In this document: in pieces, positions 1 through 10,300 of the stretch
How the letters are laid out: every line of letters starts with the position of its first letter
How positions within the stretch are numbered: the stretch's first letter is position 1
DNA from: Catajapyx aquilonaris
Taxonomy: Eukaryota
NCBI GenBank assembly: GCA_000934665.2
Contig: JYFJ02001928.1
Location: 46,468-66,467 of the forward strand
DNA: 20,000 nucleotides
Direction: 5' to 3'
The notes under the pieces: model-generated
Told to the model about the DNA's origin: nothing
The model's database searches: none
Seen by the model: the letters and a program-made list of their open reading frames with translations, nothing else
Position numbers and translations under genes: made by a program

Positions 1-2485
1 ATAAGGGAGAGCTGGTTGTAATTATTAAAACCGGGCTTTGGCCTCGGGTGTAATCCCCGCTGTCCTATAATCCTCATTTTTTTCAGTGTGGTTCTCTCAT
101 TTTGTGCAGGTGGCATATAGCTTTTAATAATAATAATCTCAGGAGTTGCCTTAGCACCAGGCGGTAGGTCTTGATTAACCAAGCGTATGCGAAAACACAG
201 GCAAGTTAAGTTGGGCTTTACACATTTCCGCATCAGAGTCGGCGGAAGGAATGCTTAATGAGCTCGCTTCTTGCATCCAGAGAAAGAATTTTTTAAGTTT
301 TTTTTTGGAGGCCAACCAACTGCGAAAGTGATTCCCGTGGCTTCACTGCACCCTGAAAGTTTTATACCTTGCCCTATTTTTGTTGGAAGGCTTTCTAACT
401 TAATTTCGTCAACTTCGCCGACACATTTTTTGGGTGTTCAAAGCACAATTAGTCGAGTTCAAAAATATGCGTGCGATATGCATTTGGCAGAAAAAAAACT
501 GATAAAATGTCATTTTACACCGCTCTATTAATTTATTTTGAAACGATTACCTGCACAATTTGCTTACATTTATGATTAACTAAATTTTTAAGACAGGTCA
601 TTATGTCACCCATCCCTTCAAATATGGACCGAACACAAAAACAATGGGAAATGAGTCAATAACCGCAATGAATGTAATGAATTTATTGCGTCTTTTTCTG
701 GCGTAGTATTTCAGGCCAAGAAATGCGCCAAACCAAAACAATCGCCAATTCAGCCACACTATTTTTGTCAACCCTGCCCTGTTTTTTAAGCAGTAATGCA
801 AACAAAAAGCTATTGTCAACTCCACAGGGCAGCCTTTTATCAAACGGAAAATACCTATTGAATGTTCGCTTCATTTTCTTAGTTCTGTCCCTTATGACGC
901 TGTACGAGACTTTGACAAATTAATATTATGGGCTTTGTTTTACACTTCCACACTCACTTGTCAGTAAATATCTCTAACGAAGTTAACATGTTTGATTGAA
1001 TAAACAGAAAGCAATAATTCAATGTACAAACGTTGGCGTGTTCGAAACACTTGCAGCACTTGCGACACCTCTAAATATGAAATGTTAACTCGGCTTTTTT
1101 TTTGTCAGCAGTTACATACGCAATATATCCAAATAACCAAATTTCAAGGCGTTTATAAGCTTTTGAAGTGATACAGATTGGCATGACTGCTTTTCAAATG
1201 AATTTATTGGCGACTCTCTTTCCGCCAAGTAAACTACACGCCCAATATCATTATAGAGATCAGACGCTCTGGCAATTTACCCTTATACCCTTATACCCCT
1301 TTTACCTTTATTACAGTGCATTATTTCATCGCTTTTTCCCCCTTTCAAAGTTCATTTTACGCAGACCAGCGCACTCATGCACTTAAATAAACCGTTGCAA
1401 CGATTCAAAACAATTCGTATTAGATTGGAAATGTTTTCTCATCCATATCTTCAAAGGAGTTGAGTCTAATTGGAATGAGCTTTATATTCCAATATTGTTA
1501 GCAATATCAGTTTTCTGGGGCTACAATCATAGTAGAGTAATTGCACTTGACCCGTCCTTATACAAGTAGGTTTATATCCACGTATACGTGCTCCATACTG
1601 CTGTAGCCTACTACAAAAGAGGGTAAAAACTCACCCCAGAGGCTGAGGCTGGTCTCACGTGTGTCCTGAATGGTCTCAAGCCAAGAAATGCGGCTTCTCG
1701 GTTGGGGACATGTCTCCAACCGAGGTTCACTTTCGTAATGTCTCTCTCTCTCTCTTTCCCATTTAAATTTTTTTTAAACCAATTGCGTTGAGACAGGCTG
1801 AGTCACAAATAATCCTCGCTGTGAATTGATCTGATGTGATGGCGGGATGGGTATGGCTTGACGTCTAAATCTCCGGGAAAAGTGTGAAATTAGATGCTTT
1901 TATTCACGTCACGTGCATGTTATTTTTGGGCGTCTTTTTTTGCGGAGGGTCAAAGCGTGACAGGAAGAAAGTGCGCGTAAGCAGCATTGAAATTATTTGT
2001 TTCCAAAATGCAAAAACATGGATGCATAATGGGCGAAAAATGTGCTGTTTTTTCCGATATGACAAATATTTCAGTCGTTTTTTTTTAAATTTGGAAGATA
2101 TGGCGGACTTTGCAAGCTAACGGGGAAATCATATGGAATATATTTAAGAACATTGACGGTTGCAATGAACGTAGGAAAGGAGGTCAATGTGACAGTCTCT
2201 CTATGTGATGGATGGCAGTAGTAAACGGCATAATATGCGGAGATCCATCCATTTTTGGGGACAGAGAGCAAAAGGTTGCAGTTGTAGAGAGTGACATGGA
2301 TGACTGATGACCGTCATGTTATTTTGGAACTAGGCCAAAGAATATTTTTGAAATATAAAAAATGACAAACTTACTCATATGAATACTGGTGATTTGTTCG
2401 TTTTTACAGTTATATCTCATTATTTATTTCATTGTTTGTCATATTTATTAATTTGTAATATTTATTAATTTGTTTGTAATATCCT

Positions 2486-2563
2486 TCATTCATTCATTCA
2501 TCGCTGGTAACCCCATCTTGGGAATATGCCTTGAGTGTAATGAATGAATGAATGTTTGTAATG
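2486..2563. repeat. Short dispersed repeat flanked by inverted (TTCA)n/(TGAA)n; second copy in ELP1 intron 1
   Basis: ggtaaccccatcttgggaa (2506-2524) is the exact reverse complement of 7601-7619, and the flanks (acaaacattca) are also related. Confidence 0.7.
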
Positions 2564-3186
2564 TTTAGAGCTCTTTATTATTATTTACTTATGCGTAGGC
2601 CTACTATTTATATATTTATTATTTACTTATTCGTAATTTTAATTACATTATAAAATGACCTCACTGGTCATCACCGCTTCCACATCCGTCTCCATGCATG
2701 TCCCATTAGGATTATACTGTACATCTTCCTCCGCATCAGACTGAAAACGTACGGCGACTTTATTTGGCTAATAATATATTGTGTCTCTTTTCAAATCTCA
2801 TTCCACTGCCTCGACGACCATGTTTGCCGTAACTATACCCGAGTCTGAAATGAGTGTTGGCAGTCTTGAGGCATTACGCAGTGTTTTCGGCATGGCCGGT
2901 ATGACATATATACTGCGGGTTTACACTTCAGACATCTTGTATTGTCACAAAAACAATGGCTGCATCGAATGGAATGGATCATGACTGTCTGGTGCTGTCT
3001 GGCCGGATTTAAAGGAAATATTGGACACTAAAAACCTCGCTATAAAAACTCAAAATGTTTTTTCTATACTTCTTGATTTAATAACATGCTGAATTCTGTA
3101 ACATAAGTGGACATACCGCAGAATCTACCAACTGGTACGACAAAGAGCGCAGCACGCCATCAACATGTGTAGCAGAGAGTGAAGTT

Positions 3187-5231
3187 TTAGAGGTTCTTGA
3201 TGAGGACCATCAGTGGAAGGATGATCAGTCCGGTGAAAAACGTCGGTCCCATGCAAGCGGCGCACTTATCCTGCACAAAACAAAACGAAAAAATTAATCA
3301 TGGGAACTGCACGAGCGATGACATAAATGTACCCACAAGGACAGGAATTGCTTCGCTCCAAACAGCAAGCAGATGCGAATATTTGCAAAAATCAACGGTT
3401 CATGACTTCATGCATAGGAAATTGCAAGCACCAAGCAATTTTATTTTTGTCCGTCATGCCATTAGGCAAGACCCAGTCGGTGTACCTATACAGTACATGA
3501 CTGTACTATACAGGAACTTATTGCTGCTTGCTTATATTATTCCTTTCATGATGCACAAAATTACATAACCACGACATATAGTGCGGGATGTGTTATGTCA
3601 GCGCAATGCGGAATAATAATATTCCACAAATTAGTAGGCATGTAGTGTACGTTATATTGAATTACATGAATACAACTGTAGGTGATTGCCGGCTTCTACA
3701 AGTACTTCGGTATAACCATAAGGATAACACCTTGATGACACTAATGTAACACGTTTTTTGTCCATGGGAATTCATCCCCATTTTCGTGTTCGCTTAGGTC
3801 ACTCGTTACTCGTAGTGACCTTCATTTCCGTCTGAATAACCTTGTGTTTGACCTCGGGGCAGTCCAAAAATTTATTGCTCAAAATATTGGGGGATCTGTT
3901 GTAGGGGGGGATACAACAGATCGCCCAATAATTTGAGCAATAATTTTTTGGACTGCCCCGAGGTCCTGCGAGTACTGCGACTTTTCTGCGAGTACCTGAC
4001 CAGGATCTTTTTTTTTTTTTTGTAACGGTCATGCAAGGGCAGCCGGGTCCTGCTTCTTATTATCCTCTGGCACCCCAATAATTTGTGAAAATCCGTGATG
4101 TACGACGACGATGATGATGATGATTTAGAATCATGTGGGCCAAAATATTGATCGGCCTTTGCGGCCAAAAGCGGACAATACCCCACCCGTTGGCCATATT
4201 GAAAGTGTTATTTTCAATACCTTGGTATTTAGATTTTTTGATAGCCTATCTACACTAAAATTACATTTTTTCATAGATATTTTTATTTTAAAAGTCACTA
4301 TTAATTTGACGTTTATTGTCCGCGCGTACAATATACCTATTAGACTTGTACCCCCAAAACCTGCCCAAAACCCTCCTGTATACGGACAAGCGACAAAACG
4401 GGGCAAAGTGCAACCCCCTCCCCCTTCCCCCCTTCATTTGTCCGCGCGGATTATGGACTGCCCCTATGTTCAAATAATTATTATATTGCTTTGTTATTTG
4501 CAATTTGTTCAAAATTCTCCGATTTAAAACATTTTTAAAGGTAATTTGAAAGCGGCGTAAAATGAAGGGACGTAAAATGAAGGGGCCTAAAACAAGCAGT
4601 AGCCTACCTGTAATTTGATTTTTAGCAAGGGGCGGTGACTCATCTTCCCAAGGTCACTTTTCACCTTTTAAGCAACTGATGACACTTTGTGCTGGCAGCT
4701 AAGTGACACCAGACAAGTGAAAAGTTTTAGTTCTTTTCTCTGTAAGTTACTATATAAATAAGTCACTTACTTCGATCTCGGCTTTCTTCTTCTCAATAGA
4801 TTCCTGGTAGGTTTTCTTGGTCTTGTCGTCTGGAAGTTCTGAAAGGTTATTTTCGAGGCATTTTTTGTAGTCAGGGTAGTACCTGTCGGCAGCTAGAACA
4901 AGGCACATGTTTAAAAATGAGAAGTTGTATATACCACCGGCACACTCTCTGATTTCATTTCATTGTCAAAAGTTAAACGGTTAAAGGAATGCCAACTGTT
5001 CCCACTGAGGTCATATTCATTTCCGTAGATGGACGTTGAGTATTTCACACACAACTTACTTGCACATGTCTGCTGTAGTTAGGTTCTTCGTTCCTCCAGC
5101 AGTTGCCTCCACAACTTTTTTGACGTCCTCGGGGCAAATAATCGGCTGCGGGGCGCCAGTCTTTGGGGGGGGGGGGGGGGGGGGGGGNNNNNNGGGGGGG
5201 GGGGCGTCTTCTTCCGAGCAGACATAGCACC
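3187..5231 (-). CDS. Small uncharacterised Cys-containing, probably GPI-anchored protein (5'-partial, about 122 aa visible)
   Basis: Exons 5231-5060 (acceptor ttcccagcag, donor gtaagt), 4882-4771 (acceptor ..gccgacag, donor gtaagt) and 3270-3187 (acceptor ttttgttttgtgcag, TAA) join in frame: GCYVCSEEDA-Pn-KTGAPQPIICPEDVKKVVEATAGGTKNLTTADMCK|YYPDYKKCLENNLSELPDDKTKKTYQESIEKKKAEIE|DKCAACMGPTFFTGLIILPLMVLIKNL*. The C-terminus is small residues, a spacer and a hydrophobic tail. Possible ATTAAA polyA signal on the - strand at 3077-3082. The start exon is unresolved. Confidence 0.7.
3850..3965. repeat. Near-perfect hairpin / MITE derivative (54-bp arms, 8-nt loop)
   Basis: 3850-3903 versus the reverse complement of 3912-3965 matches at 51/54 positions; loop ggggggga. 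Confidence 0.9.
4300..4466. mobile_element. MITE/non-autonomous DNA transposon terminus (left boundary approximate)
   Basis: Ends in ..gtccgcgcggattatggactgccccta. tggactgcccc (4454-4464) is identical to the hairpin end at 3949-3959. Internal repeated gtccgcgcg and a C-rich subterminal tract. Confidence 0.5.
4556..4585. repeat. 15-bp tandem duplication
   Basis: cgtaaaatgaaggga followed by cgtaaaatgaagggg. Confidence 0.8.
5165..5204. repeat. Poly-G homopolymer with a 6-N assembly gap
   Basis: G23-N6-G11. Confidence 0.95.
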
Positions 5232-6157
5232 CTGCTGGGAAAGAGTCAAACCGTCATAATCATGTCTACATTCATGTCTTTCTGGGGCAAAGCCTAAACT
5301 ACTCTATGTCGGTAGTTTAGTTAATATCAGTACTTTTTTCGTTTCCTATATACGCCTCTGTTGCTTTTTCCTTGAAAGGTCCTCCCTTCTGTTCTAGTCA
5401 ACGAAAGTAATAAACATTGTCAACAATAAAGCAATAATTCCAAGGGTGCTTCACTGACAGATGCGAGTGTCCTATTGTTGACACTGTTTACTCATAAAAA
5501 GCCAAAGTGAGGTCCAGGAAACGGTAAAGTATACCGAAATACTATCTTGTGGGCCTATATACTGTATAAGGTATGTAAGTTTCTTTGTTTTTCAAAATGA
5601 GCTTGGACGCCACTGCAGTTTAGTTCAGCCCGACGATTATGTAGGTAACTTGGAGTAAACCAAAGAGTTCTGCTATAATATGATATAAGAGAAAAAACTT
5701 TCCCTTCAGTAAAAACTCTTCAGTAAGACCTCAGTGGCGGAAAGGTACTGAAACAAGGCAGGCTCACGTAAGACCTTCACCAATTAAGATGTACCATATA
5801 GGTCTTACTCAAGCAATTCTGAAATTAACGCTCATAAAGTAGCCTATCCTTTCTGAAAACAGTTCCATGAGCCAATGTACTTTCTGAAATTAGGAACCGG
5901 CTCCAATATATATTAAGTTTAGTATTTTGAATTTCTCTATGATTGGAGAGAATTTATTGCCATAAAACATTATGCACAACCGTCGTCTCTCTGAGTACGG
6001 TACTAGTTTTTAATGATTGCAATGTTAAAATTTTGTAATGTATTGTCATAAATTTGTTAATTATCTAAGGTCCTTTTCTCGATGGGATTCTGCATTTTCA
6101 AGAGCGAACAAAGTCTGTGAGGATGGGCAGAGTTCCCCCCCATAAATGTAACTCTGC

Positions 6158-6471
6158 CTACTGATATAATAAGTAGTTTGCATTATTTTGTACAATTTTT
6201 TTACGAGCCATTCAGCACAATACTCTAACGTCAGGATCTGTTGGATCTTGTTGGTTTCCAGTTGTGCCAACTAGCAGGTTGTTGTCCAAAGCGTTGTTGT
6301 CAGTCAGTAAAGTTTGAGTAGGCACAATTTGTACAACTGGAAACCGACATTACAATCAAATTACCTTATGTATCCTGACTTTAGAGTCACCCTGTATTGT
6401 GCCGAATGGCTCGTAAAAAATTGTACAAAATATAATGCAAACTACTTATTATATCAAGATTATATCAGTAG
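6158..6471. mobile_element. Long imperfect palindrome (foldback/MITE-like, about 314 bp)
   Basis: 6158-6238 (ctactgatataataagtagtttgcatta..gtacaattttt..acgagccattc.gcacaatac..tcta..gtcaggat) is the reverse complement of about 6372-6471 with small indels. The inner ggtttccagttgt pairs with acaactggaaacc. Confidence 0.85.
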
Positions 6472-6929
6472 CCTAAAGGGGGGAAACCATTAAGGGAAAA
6501 GCAGGTGGAACGTGGGTGGAACTGTGAGGTTTTGAACACAGATTCGCAACGTCCTATTACACATTCGGCCCCTTGATTAAGAAACGGAATTCCGAATAGT
6601 TATTGAGCAAAAAAATAAAAAAAATGTATTTTTAATGGTTTTGGATTTTTTTGCGGATTACTGAAGAGGAATGAAGTAAAAGTGTAAATGGTAGGAAATC
6701 AATTCACGACAGTGCGGATCTGTGTTCCAAATTTGGAAGCTCTTATTACCTGCAGCATAATCTGAGCTAGGGCGAATGAAAATAATAAACGCGTAACAAC
6801 AAGAACAAGCTGAAAAAAATAAATCATTGTTGAAATATTGCATATTCCGTCTCTCAAATAAAATGTTAACGTATGAAGAGCAGAACAATAGTTCGCTGAA
6901 CCTCTATTTCTAGAAGATCAGTGACCTAC

Positions 6930-7240
6930 GGTGTTGAAGTCACTAATAGTTGCTCCATCGGGGGGCGATCGGGGGTATAAATATAATTATTGGCCCAAGT
7001 AATGACGTCAGTCTTCATGACCCTTATTATTTTGATGACGGTGACATTGACATTTGCATTCTGATGAGTATTTCCGGCCTCCAACGTCGACGCAGATTTG
7101 AGAGGCTGCATCCAAGTATCGACTAGTAGTACTATCGGTAATCTCATCAACTGTCATTATAAGTATCGACTGCGATTGCTACTTGGGCATCGTCCCATCC
7201 GCCATAATAATTATCAAGGACGACTCGTGGCCTTTTCAGG
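6930..7240. promoter_or_regulatory. Probable ELP1 promoter/5'UTR, possibly bidirectional
   Basis: CpG-rich stretch just upstream of the ELP1 ATG. Perfect CRE palindrome TGACGTCA at 7003-7010; three DRE-like motifs (TATCGAC, TATCGGTA) between about 7117 and 7170; acceptor ccttttcag ending at 7239 suggests a 5'UTR intron. Confidence 0.45.
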
Positions 7241-7315
7241 TGCGTGCGTCCCCTTTTCGAAGCCTCAGCGGGCCGCCCCTGGACTCTGCCCCTCGTTCCA
7301 ACCCTAGAGTGAGCC

Positions 7316-10300
7316 ATGAGGAACCTGCACGTGCATCGCCTGCTGGAGGTGCCCGACCCTCGCCTGGCCCAGGGTGTCCAGGCCATGTGCGTGGACACGG
7401 ACACCGGACGCGTCTACTTCGCAACTCAACAAGCCCTCGCCGCCATCGACACAAGAGGTGGAAAAACCTCTGTTCCAAGAAATACACAGCATAATTAATC
7501 ATCATCGACGCCACCACCACCATCATATTATTATTATAATATTTAAATGATATGCACATAATGCATTAATATTTACATACAAACATTCAATCACAGCATT
7601 TTCCCAAGATGGGGTTACCGCCATTAATCTGCTGTTAATATTAACATTTAAATAGTATGAGATATATTAACATTCAAATAGTACGTGATATATTAACATT
7701 TAAATAGTACATGATATATTAACATTTAAATAGTATGTAATAATTATATTAACATTCATTACACAATAATGTTATTATTATGAATATCATCATCCATCAC
7801 AGAGTTTCCCCCACCAATATTAATATAACTCTAATCAGTCTAATATAATTTTGGGAAAATGCCTTCATTGTGTGTGTTGTATAAATTAATTAATTATTTT
7901 TTGAAAATTATTATCATTGTCTACTTTAGGTGAAGGACCCCGCACTTTGGAGGTGCTGCATGAGTGGGAGTATTCAGCGGGACGTGTCGTTGGGATGGCT
8001 TACATGCTGGATCAGTACAGCTTGTGTCTGGCCTTCTCGGAGGGTGATGTTTGCCTGTACTGTACGAACACGGGGTCGGTGGAGACTGTGGGGGTGGTCG
8101 AAGCAGGCATAGAGGCCGTCCAGTGGAGTCCGGATGAGGAGCTGATGGCTGTCATGTCCGGGAAGGGAAACCTGGTGCTAATGACCAGGGAGTTCGACGT
8201 GGTGGCGGAGGTTCAGGTGCATCAGAGCGGATTCGGAGAGTGTGTGCCTGTCGCAATCGGATGGGGGAAGAAGGAGACACAATTTCATGGGTCTGAGGGA
8301 AAAGGGGCTGCCAGGAAGGTCGGGGAAGCTGCGACGAAAGTATGGCCATGGGATGACCTGAAGCCCAGGATCACTTGGAGGGGAGATGGACAGATGTTCG
8401 CTGTTGGAGCTGTTTGTCCGGAGATGAATTGCAGGAGGTATGCTTCCATTTTGTTGATATAATTTTAGTAGGAAATTCAATGATTGTTACTTTACAGGTT
8501 GCGTGTGTTCTCGCGTGAAGGCCACCTGATGTACACTGGCGAGGACAGCTCTGGACTGGAGCAGCCCTTGGCTTGGAGGCCATCAGGTGCCATCGTGGCC
8601 ACGTCTCAGCGCTTTCCAAACAAGCACGTCGTCGCCTTCTATGAAAAGAATGGTCTTAGACATGGCGAGTTCAAGTTGAGGTTTGAGCCGGAAGAAGCCA
8701 CCGTGTCTGACATCAGCTGGAGTCCAGACTCGTCCGTCATGGCCCTTGTTTGCGTTGGGCTCGACAAAAAGTGGACCAAACTGCAGCTGTGGGCAGTGGG
8801 AAATTACTATTGGTACTTGAAGCAGGAGGTGGAGTTGGCAAGCGACGAGGTGCACCTGCAGTGGAGTGACACCACTCTTCACCTGTTGTGTCACCAGTAC
8901 ATGCAGTTTGGGTGGCACTGGCAGGTTGATCACAGCAACACGGGCATAGTGGCCGTCATTGATGGGTCTACAGTTAAGGTGACGCCCTTTAACAAAACTG
9001 TAGTTCCGCCACCTGGATCCGCGTATGAGGTACAGCTGGCCTGTGCAGTGTCTCAGGTTGTGTTTGCACCTGGGCTGCTGCGTGTTCCAGAACAGAGCGT
9101 TGAGGACTCTGGATTTGTTGAGAGTGTCGACCCGCCTGGAAATGACCCCAACAACATGGCTGTCATTACATGCGACGGACGTGTTACATTTTTCAGTATT
9201 GTAAACAACACGCATGTCACAATGGGGACGTACGCAGTCGAGGGCGTCCATGGTCGGCTGTACAACTGGGCTTGGGTAATGCGGGACACTCTGGTCTGTT
9301 CATATTCAGCTGGGTTAGCCATCTTGGAAGCTGAGAATATCGGGACTGAAACTGGCCGCCTTTATGTGAAGTCACGAGTTGTGATGCCAAGATCCGTAAC
9401 AGGTGTGAGTTGCCCATTTGAAGGTACCGTAGCAGTTCAGACAGACGGTGGAACTGTGCACTTGCACAACATGGTAGACTCATCCAGTAAGGATGTTGGA
9501 TGCTCCGGGGAGTGTTGGACCAAGATGGAATTGGCCAAGGTCGGAAGCGAGACTGCCCTGTTTTGCCTGGGTTCCAGACAGAGGCTGTACGTCAATGGCA
9601 CGGAGATTGTTAATGGCTGTAGCTCATTCGAAGTGAGCAACGGTTTTCTGGTGTTTGTGACCACCAAGAACAGGTTGCACTGCTGTCAACTAGAAGAAAC
9701 ATGTACAGGTACGTCATGCTTCAGCCACCATTGGCCAGAATCAATCTCATTTGTTTAACAGGCAAACTTCAGGAGGCATGTGCATCAAGTGAGGCTTCAA
9801 GACGCATAGAGCGTGGCTCTCACTTGGTGGTAGTCATCGACACCAGAGTTGTGCTGCAAATGCCCAGAGGCAACCTGGAAGTAGTTCAACCTCGGACTCT
9901 GGCACTCCATGGTATCAGCAATTTGCTTGATAGGTGAGTTTGGCCGCATAACCTTACATACTTTGTATAAGCCTAGAAATGCATCTGGTTCAGCTACAGT
10001 TTTTGTCATTTTCAGCGGTAAGCACCGTGATGCGTATGAAATAATGCGCAGGCAGAGGATCAACCTGAACCTCTTGTTTGATCATGATCCGTCCCAGTTT
10101 TTGCGGCAGACAGAAGAGATTGTGAAGAAGATTGATGAACCCACATGGCTCTCCCTGTTCCTATCCGACTTGAGGTAAGAAAGATTATTATTTTTATGGG
10201 TTTCATAGATAAATAACATTTGCATTTACAGTGAGTCGGACGTGACAGAGACTATGTACAGTGTTGAGTACAGCGGCAGACCTCGTCCGTCAAAGCCTCT

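Noticed and set aside
2220..2740. Degenerate inverted repeat around the AT-rich block
   Set aside because: Only scattered short matches (tgatgacc/ggtcatca, gggaca/tgtccc); too weak to support without an alignment.
1..3000. Short ORFs (271-531, 601-843, 1168-1386, 1884-2120, 2781-2984) as genes
   Set aside because: AT-rich, with no motifs and no consistent exon chain found.
4135..4527. 130-aa ORF and overlapping ORFs at 3799-4512
   Set aside because: They run through the hairpin, microsatellite and MITE-like sequence inside an intron; no recognisable protein features.
4883..4892. Acceptor ttctag (exon start 4892) for the orphan gene middle exon
   Set aside because: It is out of phase with the upstream phase-2 donor and gives an early TGA; exon start 4882 restores the frame.
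7638..7757. CRISPR-like array
   Set aside because: Head-to-tail units without unique spacers, inside a eukaryotic intron; it is a minisatellite.
8583..9251. 222-aa antisense ORF and other - strand ORFs within ELP1
   Set aside because: These are shadows of the real coding exons, with no motifs or splice support.
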